From positions 3,968,001 through 4,032,000 of the forward strand of contig CP158635.1 of assembly GCA_050273025.1 (NCBI GenBank): DNA of 64,000 nt. Reading direction: 5' to 3'. A model generated the notes under the pieces. That model was not told the origin of the DNA, did no database searches, and saw only the letters and a program-made list of their open reading frames with translations. Of this stretch, positions 51,044 through 64,000 are shown piece after piece. The stretch is from Cenococcum geophilum. Lineage: Eukaryota. Position numbers and translations under genes: made by a program. Numbering within the stretch: the stretch's first letter is position 1; the number at the start of each line of letters is the position of its first letter.

Positions 51044-54000
51044 TGTAACGGAACCTTATAGCAAGAACTACGATGGGCTCGTTATTGGGCTAGGTGTGTA
51101 GGAAATGCAAGTATAAAAGTCAATAACGTAATAATAATTGGTGGAGTGGTTGCCTAATAGATTAACTCTAATTATATTCTGAGAATTACTATAAGAAAGG
51201 AACTATCTAGGTAGGGACTAAGGGTCCTTAAATATACAACCGTACTCCTATAAAATCCTTCTTATATGTAATATACGTCTTATATATAAGGTATATAAGT
51301 TCCTCTTATTCCTCTTATTTAATATATAGTATATTATATAACCTTAGTTACTATTCCTTATTATATAGTTCTATCGGCTCTATCCTAGACTATACTTATA
51401 TTAACTAACTAGCTTCTTTTATCTCTTCTCTAAGTAGTTATAATATTATACTTAAAGCGTCCGTAATACTATCTCCTTTCTCTTTATCTTTATCTTTAAA
51501 GATTTAAAATATCTCTAAGTTGTTTACTAGAGGTATAATATCCGTCTAATTAATTTAGTTAATATTGTTGCTTATTATACCTAAAGCAATTTCTTCTTTA
51601 TACGCCCAATATCGTGCTTACACTATTACTATAATATTATCTCTTAGTAAGATTATACCGTCTCCGTGTTCTCGCTGTTTAAAAGAGGGGTTAGTTTATA
51701 TTACGTTAATGAACCTATCTTTACAACAACCGTTTTCTTACTTAGAGTATACTAAAGCGAATATTTATTTATTCTATAACGTTCGCTTTACTTTTAATGC
51801 TAAATATATATAACCTATTACTCTTAATAGTTATCTAGTTCCCTAATTAATTTATCTTAAGGTCTTATATTTAATCTACTGCTGCGCGGCTAGATAGTAA
51901 ACTATTATAAGCCCTTACTAAGTTAGAATGTTCCTATAACGCGGAATAGAAGGCCCTAGATACTTAAATTACGGCATCTGCTTATCTGCTTCGTCTTAAA
52001 AAGGTTTATAAGAAGGTTTATTTTAAAGAGTAGAAACTTATAGAATAAGGTTTGCAGGAATTAAGTAATAAAAAAACGGATTCTCCTCTAATAGAGAAGG
52101 AAATAGATCTAAGTAGTTCAGCAACTACTCTTCTTAGATCCCCCTTAGGTAACTTATTTTTTAGCAATCCTTCTTTATTAATACTGCCTAACCTAATCTC
52201 TTCTAATACTCCTATACCTTTTTTATAGCGTTCTTTAAATTCTCTAATGGCTCCTAGGTAGTCTTAGTATAGCCTATCCACTTAACCTTATACTATGTTT
52301 TGTTGTTAGTGTCCTTATAATTAACGATTTTTAAAACTTGCTATTTGTCTTCTTCTTATCCTTTATATATATCTGCTTTATAGACTAGTAGCTTAATATT
52401 CCCATATACTAGCTCTAGTATTACAATATACTATATAAGGTAGATCTTTATTTTGGCTAGTAGGTTTAACTTAAACGTAACTAGTAAAATCCTCTATATT
52501 ATTTTAAAAGGTCCTAGTCTAATATAGTCCAATTTCTTACTTAGTTGTTAACTCTTAAAATTTTTATATAGTAGCTATACTTTATCTCCCTCCTTAAGAT
52601 CTAGTCCCTTAGATCTCTTAGCATTATAGTACTTTTTTATTCTTTGCTATATTACCTTAGCTGTCTCTATAAGGTCTATATAAAGATTTATTAAATCCTT
52701 TATTCTTTCTTTAGCTATACTACTCGTTTTTTTTACTTACTATAGTAACAACAATATTCTTAGCTTATATCTATAATTTGCCTTAAATAGTAATATGCCT
52801 ATTCCTTCTTAAGGTGTTGTATTATATGTAAACTATATAACTAGTAATAGTAATACCTAATTATTTTATGCATAATTAATATAATGCCTTAGATACTGCT
52901 CTAGCGTCTAATTTAATCTTTCCGTTTAACCGTTTGTCTGTAAATAATATATAGTAGAAGTTACTACTTAAACTCCTTACTCCACTAAGAATACTTCCTA
53001 AAATGCTGCTATAAATCTTAGATCTCTATCCAATATAATCTTACTTAGTGCTCTATATCTTATAAACACTTCTTTAACATAGATTCTAGCGACATCTTCC
53101 GCTAAGATTTCTTTTATATATGCTATAAAGTATCCCTACTTTATAAGCTTGTCTACTATTACTAAGATTACGTTGTAATTTTATCTAGTAATAGGATCTT
53201 TTAATTTTAGTAACTTAATAATAAAGTCCCATAATATAACCTCCTATGGTCTCCCTAGTATTTTAATAGGTTATAGCCCTCTATATAGCTTATGCCTTAT
53301 TAGTTTATTCCTTTAGCAATCTAGATATTTCTTTATAACCTTTCTAGTTATCCTTTAAATTCCGTTAATAATATACTCCTTCTAGAGTCTTAACACTAAG
53401 CCTATAGCTCTATTATATTCTTAAGTTAGTCCCTTATAAAAGTCTTCTATAAACTGCTTTGCTATGCTTCTTAGGATATACTTCGCTTTTTAATTTTTAT
53501 ATATATCTGTTTATAGATCTTTTAGCTATACTTTTAGAATTTTTTATACCTAAAAGCTTTCCGGTGTCTCGTAGACTTTCTCTAGTTTATTATTTTCTTA
53601 AGTTGCTATAATTTTTGGATAATTATACCTAATTAATCCGTCTATATCTTTTTGCAATAAAGCCCCTAATAGCTTTTCCTTATTTTATAGTTTAGCTTTA
53701 CGGCTTAGAGCATCTGCCCTTATATTGTCTGTACCTTTAGTATACTAAATCTTAAAATAGTATTCCGTAAGTATCTCTGCCCATTTAACCTGTTTTTAGT
53801 TAAGTTCCTTTATTATTAGGAATCCTATTAGGTTCTTATAATCTATCTTAACTATAAATGGTTTCTCTATGCCTTATAAGAATGCTCTCTATTTCTTTAA
53901 TACTATAACTATACCTAACAACTCCTTATTATAGATGTTATAGTTTAACTCTGGTAGTATTATCTTTCGATTATAGTATACCACTAGGTGCTATCTATCT

Positions 54001-57000
54001 TAATGCCTTTATATAAAGTATGCCCTTAGTGCGTAGTCTAATACATCTATTTTTATAACCGTCTCTAGTCCTAGTTAATAGATTTTAAGAACTAGCTCCT
54101 AGGTAAACAACTCTTTAACTTTCTTAAAGAGTTTTCTTTACTCCTCTCCCTATGCCTATAGTTCTTCTTTCTTTATTAACCGCGTAAATGGCTTAATATC
54201 CTTTAACTACTGCGCTATAAACCTTTTATAGTAATTGTAAAACCCTAGGAACGATCTTAACTATATAACGTTCTCTAGTTCCTACTAATTTACTATAGCC
54301 TTAATCTTCTTTAAATCTATACTAAGTTGGCCTAGTTTAATAATAAATCTAACGAAATTAGTCTTCCTAGTAAAGAACTTATATTTCTTAATTACTACTA
54401 GCATCTGTTCTTCTTATAGTCTCTTTAAAACCCATTTAACGTGTTCCCTATATTCTTCCTTAGTTATTAAGTAAATAATAATATCATTAAGATATACCAT
54501 AATAAACTTATCTAAGTATTCTCCTAATATATTGTTAATACGCTTCTAAAACGTTGCTAGTGCGTTTATAAGCCTAAATTGTATAACTAATAGTTTATAT
54601 AGTCCTTCCTTTAACCTAAAGGCTGCCTTCTATTTATCGCCTTCCTTAATCCTAATTTAATAGTACGCCTATCTTAGATCTATCTTTGTAAAGATTTGCG
54701 CATTGCCTATCCTATCTTAGATTTCGCTAATTAAGGGTAAAGGATACATATCTTTCTTAGTAATACTGTTTAACTATCTATAGTTAATACATAGCCTTAG
54801 TTTGCCATTTTTCTTTAGTATAAATAGTACTAGATAACCTACTAATAACTGCGATGGTCTAATATATCCTTTTTATAGATTTTCCTAAACAAACTCTTTT
54901 AACGCTCTACCTTCTTCTTTAGTAAGCTTATAGATTAGAAAAAACTTTAGACTTATTTCTAGTTCTAACTTTATCTTATAGTCCTATGCTATATATTTTA
55001 ACAGCTTTTTACTTTCCAGTGACTATAGTTTTTTGCCGTACTTATAGTATCTCTTTAGTATATAACTTAGTCCTTTTTCTGTTTCTTTATAGGTTGCTCC
55101 TACTTAGTACTATACCAACTTGGCTTATTATTGTATCTTACGGCGTTAAGTATCTCTAATATTAACCTAACCTATAATCTAATTGATTCTTAGATTATAT
55201 TCCTATAACTAAGGCATACCTAATACTGCCTCGTCCCGTCCTAATAGTAGGATATTAAAAGACATCTCAATTTGTCTCCCTTTAATAGTTATCTAAATAA
55301 GTCCTATTTTAAGATTAATAATCCCTCCTCTATAGGTTATTAGATCTCCTAAAATCGTAACTAATAGGTAAGGTTGCTCCTTTTATCTATAAGGTAGTCC
55401 TATTCTCTTAACTACTGCTAGTAAGATGTGGTTTTATATTACTCTATTATCTATTAGCGCTTCAAACTGCTAATCTTACCACTTAATTTATAAATTTAGG
55501 TGTTATTCTTAAATTCCTTTAAGGGTCTAAGGCTTTATTACTAGCTCCCTCTAGTCCTATAGGCCTCTACTTTTTCTAACTATTAGCTGCTTAATCCTAG
55601 TATATTTAGCTTACTCTTTAGCTAATACCTAATTCGCTTTTTATCTTTAATATGCCATAGACACGTATTTTCTAGGCATTCCTACTACTATCGTCCGTCT
55701 AAGCATTCTTCCGTAAGGAATCTTCCTAGTTAAAGTACTAAACTTCCTTCCTCTTGGACCTCTGCTAGATACCATCCATATATATATTTGGCATTTTTAT
55801 ACTATTACTTATCCGTTATCTAGTATATCCTTATAGGGTATTTCCAATTCTTTTCCTTCGGATTCTTATATATTTCGTATATATTGTCTATATACGTAAT
55901 CTATAATAACGTATAGTGTACTAGGTGCTTTAGGTTAACTCTTAGCTCGTTTTTATCCCTAAGTTTAAACCTTTATCGTACTAATCTAAACGTTATAACT
56001 TTATTTATAGGTACTAAGATGCGTCTTTTGCTTCTCTAGTCCTCTAAACGTTCCTTTAGATCCTTTAACGTTATAATTAAGGCTCCTTTAATATGCGTTA
56101 TAGCCTTCTTTATAATTAGGTGGTCCTAGATAACCTTTTCATCCAACTATATATAGAAATCTTCCCACTTATTATTATGCCTTTACCTATACCACTTTTG
56201 GTATAGCTACTAGAGTGTATACGGTCTATCCATAAGGAAGTATCTTCTTATTACTGTATTATAACAGCCCTTTATATGTTATTCTTTAAACCTAGTTAGA
56301 ATCCCTAGATCCTCTTTATTCTTTAGTTCGGTAAGCTACTTAGCTCTTAGTATACCTACTCTTAGCCTATTAGTAATTCTTTGTACTAGTACTCTGTCCT
56401 TTATACGTCCTAATATGCTAGATCTTTTATCTAGTTTCTGTTCTTGCTATACAATAATTCTTTACCTAAACTCTTCTATAGTTTCTTTTAGTTTGCGCCT
56501 TACGCTCTAATCCTTAAAGTTATCTTACTTCTTAATCCTAGTATTAAACTTTTAATCTTTAGGCTAAACACTACGTTCCCCTAGTAAGTCTTCTAGGTTT
56601 ATATATCTGTCTCCCAGTCTAACTACTATTTATATTGTAGATTCTCTAATCTATAAAGAAGCTCCTTACCTCTTACCTATAGGTATCCTTATTTATACTC
56701 CAAAATCTTAGTTCCTTGGATTCTTTAATCCTAAGCTTGCTTCTAACTTAAGCTTAGCTCCCGCCTTAGTCTAACTAGGTATCTATAGTGTTCTCATCTC
56801 GTCTTAAGAGTCTTAAATCTTACTTATCTCGTCTTAAGAGTCTTATACCTGTAGGAAACTCTGTCCCGAGCTTATTCGTATATTTCTAAACTAAGCTACT
56901 GCCCTACTCTATCGGTTTTCGTCCGTTATAGGTCCTTAGGTATACCTTATCTCGTCTTAAGAATCTTAGTCGTCTCTTATCTCGTCTTAAGAATCTTAAG

Positions 57001-58995
57001 CCTTTGGCCTTTTACCTTTATTAAGTGCCGAAGTGGTTCGCTGTTCTACTTCTCTTACGTCTTGTAAAGCGATAGATATCGTATCTAGTGGGGTTTCGAT
57101 CCCTACTAATATTCCCTATTCTATAGTAGAATTATCCCCTACCTCTAGTATAATATCTCTAAGGTCTGCTTACTCTTAGTAAGCGGCCCTTATTGCCTTA
57201 TTATTACGGAATGTTTTGCCTATATTAAATTCATTGTCCTTAATATCCGATCTGTGAACTGGTTCGTTAGTTCCTCTATATCCTATAGGTGCTGGCTCTT
57301 ATAGCTAATAGCTTACGCTATACTTAGCGTCCTTATAAATTTAGTATGTGTTGTTATAACAAAACGCAAAACTTTTAATTAAATATTCTTTTGTTCCTCG
57401 TAGCATATTATTGTCCCTCTGTATATATATATCGTCTACTAGTCTTATACCTTTTACTACGTAGTAACTCTACCTACTTCTATAGTCTCTGATATAATAA
57501 CCCTGTTTTCCGTAATTTATGCAAGCTCCTTCTTTAAACTATTTCTCTTACTATAGAGTCTGCCTAAATGTCTTCTACTGCTAAGATCCCTGATTCGGCC
57601 TCTGCTCCTTAGACCTTTAATTACTTAATTCTTATCCTCTAGGTTTCTATAGTTTGCTCTATCTCTTATAGGCTTCTTTAGTATTACTTAGGTCTATTAG
57701 CTTTGCGCTATACCATGTTTTCTAACTTAGCTTTTGTCGTTGCGTACTCTATGCCTTATATAACTATAGAACTCTATCCTAGCCTCTTTTAGCCTGTTCC
57801 CTTTAGAAGATCCTATTATTAATCTTAATCGCCTAATCTATTAGTTCCCTTAGGGTGTCCGCATCTTCTATTAGAATAATTATATCCTAGACTTTAGCCT
57901 TAAGTCCCTATTTATACTGTGCTATAAGCGCCCTATTATTCCACTTTACTTATATTACTAGTGTCTAGAACTATGTCGTATACTTAATTACTAAAGTTTA
58001 TTGCACGAGGTTCTGGAGTTTTTTTTCTGCTATAATTATTTCTTCCAGGTCTTTAAATATCTGCGTAAGTCATTTTACAAATCCTTCCCAACTTAAAAAC
58101 ATAAATTGCATGTCTTAGTTAGTGGTCGTTATTCCGTTTGCCTATATCTCTATAAGGTAAAATTTAAACTACTTAAGTGCTTTTCCTAATAAGAATAGTC
58201 CTACGTAGGCTATCCGATCCACAGGTATAAGTAACTTTACTCCCTCCTATAAGACCTTAAAGTGTATCTGCGTAAGGAATCCTTTAAGCTTTAACCTCTC
58301 TCCTATAAATCTCTTAATTAATAGTAGCTTAATCTTTGCTGCTTCTATCCCGTTAAGTTTTTCTTCTAACACTATATTGTTAGCTATTAGCTAGTTAACT
58401 ATTTTTTTATAGCTGTCCAACCGTTATAGGTTGCTGTAAGTTAGTATCTGCTATACTGGTATCACCTCCTATCCTTAAAGTAGTTGCTGCCGTTAATAGC
58501 GTTATGGTGGCTACTTTTGGTGGCATGTTATTTAACTTCTTATATTAATACCGTAACTAGGTAGTAATTATATAATAGAACCTTATAGCAAGAACTATAA
58601 TGGGCTTATTATTGGGCTAGGTGTATAGGAAATGCAAGTATAAAAGTTAACAACGTAATAACAACTGGTGGAGTAGTTGCCTAATAGATTAACTCTAATT
58701 ATATTCTAAGAATTACTATAAGGAAGAAACTATCTAGGTAGGGATTAAGGGTCCTTAAATACACAACCGTACTCCTATAAAATCCTTCTTATACGTAATA
58801 TACGTCTTATACGTAAGGTACGTAAGTTCCTCTCGTTCCTCTTGTTTAATATATAGCACATTATGTAATCTTGGTTACTATTCCTCGTTACATAGTTCTA
58901 TCGGCTCCATCCTAGACCGTGCTTATATTAACCAACTAGCTTCTTTTGTCTCTTCTCTAAGTAGTTGTAATATCGTACTTAAAGCGTCCGTAATA
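51044..58995 (-). mobile_element. Gypsy family G copy G4 (inverted), inserted in the G1 chromodomain
   Basis: 425-bp LTRs 51044-51468 and 58571-58995; TSD GCTAT (51039-51043 / 58996-59000); gag ATG at 58526. Confidence 0.93.
51577..52261 (+). pseudogene. Antisense Zn2Cys6-like/coiled-coil gene of G4 (exon 1 51577-51805, intron 51806-51860, exon 2 51861-~52261)
   Basis: ORF-track 51565..51813 covers exon 1 (PSPCSRC intact); intron and stop position inferred. Confidence 0.65.
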
Positions 58996-59055
58996 GCTAT
59001 AAGGATATTAACAATAAAATATAGTATAAAGTAAAGTGGATAGGCTACACTAAGA

Positions 59056-59761
59056 CTACCTAGGAACTACTAGAGAATTTAAAAAACGCTATAGGAAAGG
59101 TACAGGAGTATTAGAAGAAATTAGGTTAGGTAGTATTAATAAAGAAGGATTACTAAAGAATAAGTTACCTAAGGGGGACCTAAGAGGAGTAGTTACTAAG
59201 CTACTTAGATCTATTTCCCTCTCTATTAAAAGAAAATCTGTTTTTTTATTACTAAGTTCCTATAGACCCTATTTTATAAGTTTCTACTTCTTAAAACAAC
59301 CCTTTTTACGCACCTTCTTAAGACGGATTAGTTAAGTAGACGTCGTAAGATAAGACTTAAGGGCCCGTTGCTAAGTATTAGCAGCCTCCTATTTAGCGTC
59401 CTAAGAATGGTATAATTCCGCTAAAGTAATAGATAGTTTATTATCTAGCTATATAGCAGCAGATTAAATATAAAACTTTAAAATAAATTAATTAGGGAAC
59501 TAGACGACTATTAAGAGTAATAGGTTGTATATATTTAGCATTAGAGATAGAGTAAATATTATAGGACGAATAAATATTCGCTTTAGTGTACTTTAAGTAA
59601 GAGGACGGTTATCGCGAAGATAGGTTCGCTAATATAATATAAACTAACCCCTTTTTTAAACAATAAGAATATAGAGACGGTATAATCTTACTAAGAAATA
59701 ATATTATAGTAATAGTATAAGTATAACAAGCAGTTAAGGAAGAAGAAATTGCTTTAGGTAT
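59056..59761 (-). pseudogene. Antisense Zn2Cys6-like/coiled-coil gene of G1, with a 21-bp in-frame insertion
   Basis: 706 bp versus 685 bp in the other copies; extra 59368-59388. Confidence 0.62.
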
Positions 59762-59987
59762 AGTAAGTAATAATATTAACTAAATTAATTAGACGGATAT
59801 TATACCTCTAGTAAATAACTTAGAGATATTTAGAATCCTTAAGGACGAAGATAAAGAGGAGGGAGATGGTGTTATAGACGCTTTAAGTATAATATTATAA
59901 CTACTTAGAGAAGAGTTAAAAGAAGCTAGTTAGTTAATTTAGGTACGGTTTAAAATAGAGCCGGTAGAGCTATATAACAAGGAATAG

Positions 59988-62900
59988 TATAGTGGTGTAA
60001 TTTGGCCCCTAGATTTAACATCTAAATTAGGCATAGCTTTGGGAGAGCCTAGGCCTTATATAAGTTATATAGATCGGTCTAGAGCCCTTAGAGTTTTTAA
60101 TAACTTAGATAGGCACGACAGACATATAATATACTCTTTTCTTTCTTTCTTACTGCCTATTCTACTAACTAATTACAACTAACTAACCGACTAACTAACT
60201 GACTGATAGATAGACAGATAGCACTGTTACTTTCCTATCTTAGAGAGGTTGTACCCTCCTATATATTTTATGGCATTCTATATAGGGACGACGGTAAGCT
60301 CTTTAGATTAAAAGTCCAGCGCTATATACATAGGAGACGTATAGGAACGTGCTGTAGCCACTGAAAACTATTAAGTTACTATTATTAGAAGCCGTTAAGT
60401 TACTAATAGGTGCGGAAATTAAGCACGGAACTACTAGCGACGTACGCGCAGGTATTACTATTACTAAGATAAGTTAATAACACTTTTGGAGATTATTATC
60501 TAAGACCTATAGTAGACGGAATAAATAACTAGAAGTGGGAATATAAGTATAGGGTACGGCAGGATAGAGGATAAAAGAGAGGGTTATAATGCATCAGGAC
60601 CAGCAGAAAGAAGTCTTTAATTTTTTATTTACTATATTTGCAACGGTCTATATAATTCTTCTAGCATTTATACAAGCCTTCCTTAAATTTATAAGAGTAA
60701 TGGCGATAGGACTGATAAAGGGAATACTAGGGATGCTAGGCCCATTCTATAATGACGGTAGAGAAGGAAGTAGGCAGCCTGCTAACCTACGAAGTTTTCC
60801 TAACCTAAAGGATGCGGTACTAGACCTAACTCCTACAACGTCTAAAACTAATAACCTTTAGTAAAAAGAGGACAAGAACTAAGAGGTTAACTTACCTATC
60901 CTAGGAGAAACTGCTAGTCCGTTACCTTGTAATAAACCACTAATAAAATAAGATAAGGTATATATTATAGCCTAGCCTATGCCAGCTCTAGGGACTCTAG
61001 GGACTCCTTACTTTACGGGATAAAATATATCGCAATTTATTAAATAATATGAGCGACTATATATTTGACACCGTGTTACGGACAATAAGAAGCATTAAGG
61101 ACTTCTAAAATATTATAACTATTAGATAGGGACCTAGATCCAAAGTCTGCCTAAGTTTATTATTAGCAGATAAACGGAACTCATAAAAAAGCTTTAGATA
61201 GACTACTAAGGAAGTAACTACTTTCAATAAGTTAAGACGGTAGAATTCTTGGAAGCGTATATACTATAGTATAGGAACAACCCACCTAGTAGTATACGCG
61301 AGTACTATAGACAATTTACACTAATTTCCTAGAAGGTTACTAAAGCTAGTAATTTAGAAAACCGTAAATAAGGATACTAGTTTATAAAAGGACTTCTATT
61401 TAAATATCAAAAATATACTATAACTAAGACAGGAGCTAACCCGGATAAACGAGAGTCTTTTAACTTTTATCTACTAAGAAGGGCTGTAGAAAACAGGCTT
61501 AATTTATATAAAGGCGTAGACCGCTTATTAATAATAAACCCTAAAAAGTAAGGTCTCCGTTAACTAGTTAAATAATTCTGCAAGCAGTAGCCGGCTATAT
61601 TAAACTAGAGAGATGCTGCTCTTTAGCCGCCTATAGTCTTTTAGCTAAATAAGTCGGCAAGTGCCCGTTATATAACCTAAGAGACGGACCCTAAGCTAAA
61701 GAGCCTTACTAGTTAACTCCGGAAGCTTAATCTTAGGACGGTTAAATTAGCAAGCATTATATCTTTAATGCCGTTCCTTAATAGAATTCGCTAAGACCTA
61801 ATATAGTATATACAGCTCCTAAATAAGGCGTCAGCGCGTTAAGAATAAGTAGGTCTATAACCGGTAATAAATAATAACAAACTACTACCGTCCTATAAAG
61901 GGGCGCTATGAGAGCGATATAAGCTAGGTTTAGGAAGGTATAGAAAACTAGGAAACCCTAGTGCATACTAAATATAAGATAAGACGTGTTATAGATATAG
62001 AGGCCCTTATTATTTTATTAACTAATACCTAGAGCTCTAAGAACTAGTTAGCTGGGGGTTCTTATATATAAACGAGAACAACCAAATCTATACTAAAATA
62101 CGTTAGCGCCTAGGAAATCCACTCCCATATTTACCAAGCAGCTATTAAATTCAGTTCCTTAAAGACTAGCTAAGGTAGAATGCGAATATTAATCCCAATG
62201 CGACGGCGACAGGTATCTAACTAAATACGTCCTTAGTAGAGCTTATAGAAAGCAATAGCGCTAAAAGTAAAAAAGAGCTCGGCGAGTCCTAGGAAGATAT
62301 ATACTAAGTAGAGTCGGTATACGTTAATCTAATAGGAGCAGCAACCCAGTCGCAGCCTATAATACGGTCATACGATCTTAGAAAGCCAAGAGGAGACATT
62401 AAGGTGATAAAACTATTTCTAAAACTAACTGGTTTGTAACCGGCAATAGTTTAAAATATACAACTAGGAGGATATGTCTAAATCGCACCACAACTACAGC
62501 GGCAGGCCCCCTATTCACTAGTAAACAATAAGGAGACTAATAAAATAGACTATACTAAATAGCTAAGAAGAGAAGTAGAGTAAGGAATAGAAGCGACTAT
62601 AACCGCTAAAGTACCGCAACTAAAGCCAGTTAGGATAATAGACATATTAAAAGGGAATGTCCTAAGCCCAACCGTAATAGCGAACAAGATCTTATTAAAA
62701 ACTATTAAAGTTACTATTAGTAACTGCCTTGTGTATATACCTAAAGTTATAAGGTTATTCTTTAAGCCGCTCCTACTACCTTTTATAAAACCTTACCAAC
62801 AAAAGCAAGAGGGCGTTAAGGCATCTATATTGTTGGCATACCTAACGTTTTATGCTAATTAAGCTAGCCTAATAACTATAGAGGTAGACCAAATTAAACG

Positions 62901-64000
62901 GGAAGCAGGATTCACCTGGTTTTAATAATAATGTCTAAAGGTGGAAGCACAGATAGGAGACAAAAGGGTTAAGTGTTTAATTAACTCTAGAGCGGAGCTT
63001 AACCTTATTAAGGAAAGTGTAGCTCTATAATATAGCTTGCTGATATTAAGTCTGCCCCTATAGTTATAGGGCGTATATCTAATATTTACAAATAGGACTT
63101 AGTTTAAGTTTATTGGATTAGTATATATAGCCGCTATAGTTATAGGGGACGTCTTAATATCCACGACTTTTATTACTATGGGAGAAATGTTATATAAGGT
63201 AATACTTAGTAAGCCGTAGTTAGTAAGGGCTAGGCTAGCAACGCAGTAAACCGCAATAGGCTAGGTATCTTATATTATTTAATTAGAAGATAGCGGAGTT
63301 AAAATAAGGTTCTTAACATCCTATAAGGACGCAATATTCCTTAGACCAGATAAAGGAATTAGTATAGGCAGTAGTTTAGGAAACGTGTAACTAGTATAAC
63401 CGCTAGGATCGTATCTAGGGTTACTTATAACCCAGTATATTAGAATAAGGAGGACGCCGAGGACGGAGAGAAAGGAAATAAGGTGCGGCTTTAATAAGGA
63501 CGTTTACTATTCTAAATATCTACTAAACAGGGCAATCGACAGGAAGAAGAGCACAACGCTAGATAGAGAAATCTTAACAGCGAAACGTTAAAGGAAGTCC
63601 TAAAGAAGCACTTAGGAGGAAGGCAGAAGCCAGTATTTAAGGCGAAGGCTAGATCCCTTATATATCGAATGTCAAAGACGACGGATCTATTTATAATATA
63701 AATAGAAGGCTATAGGAGCAAGGCCTAATAGAAAGCTATAAGTATAGCAACTATATATAAACGAAAGGCAGAGAAGGTCCGCCTGGTTAATTCGTCAGCA
63801 CTAGACAGAACGGTTATAGGAGGAATAATAAAGTGGCGAGAAGTGGCCTTACGTTGGCAAAAGGCGTCCATTTAAGAGTTACCCCTTAGTCTATATAATC
63901 ATTTCCTTAAGCCGCAGTATACTAAGCTGGCCTATAGTACACGGCTAAAGCCAGAATAATTAGAGCGCGTAATTATAGGGGACCTCCAGCTAAGAGAATA
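59988..64000 (+). mobile_element. Gypsy element H (different family; LTR ~59988-60326, gag+PR, start of pol), interrupting the G1 3' LTR and running off the window
   Basis: G LTR similarity stops at ~59987-59989; gag PYFTGQNISQFIE ~60950-61040; Cys knuckle ~61987; protease CLIDSGAELNLI 62974-63010; GGAAAC at ~63379 followed by YKRKAEKVRPV. Confidence 0.75.

Larger units (their letters stand above)
22179..59987 (+). mobile_element. Gypsy family G copy G1 (outermost): segments 22179-27985, 50198-51043, 58996-59987
   Basis: 5' LTR 22179-22602; gag ATG 22648; integrase and chromodomain frames rejoin across TSDs GTAAT and GCTAT; PPT then partial 3' LTR 59870-59987. Confidence 0.9.

Overview
AT- and TpA-rich block of degraded transposable elements with no intact host gene. 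The strong CpA->TpA / TpG->TpA bias indicates repeat-induced point mutation (RIP) in a filamentous ascomycete; the block is probably heterochromatic or centromere-like. Left part (1-22 kb): 12-bp tandem arrays, a 2.7-kb gag-only derivative of a GalEa-type Copia element, a hAT transposase fragment, LTR fragments, two Ty3/Gypsy elements, a Tad1-like LINE (minus strand) and a chromovirus 3' fragment. Right part (22.2-60 kb): a nest of four copies of one ~7.9-kb chromodomain Gypsy family ('G'; ~424-bp LTRs, 5-bp TSDs resolved) plus a full-length Copia, followed by another Gypsy family that runs off the window end. Main observation: every family-G copy carries, between pol and the 3' LTR, an antisense gene with a predicted intron. 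After RIP reversal it encodes a Zn(II)2Cys6-like cluster plus a coiled coil, and one copy differs by an exact in-frame heptad. Protein motifs were read by eye, often after inferring RIP reversals. No database searches were run.
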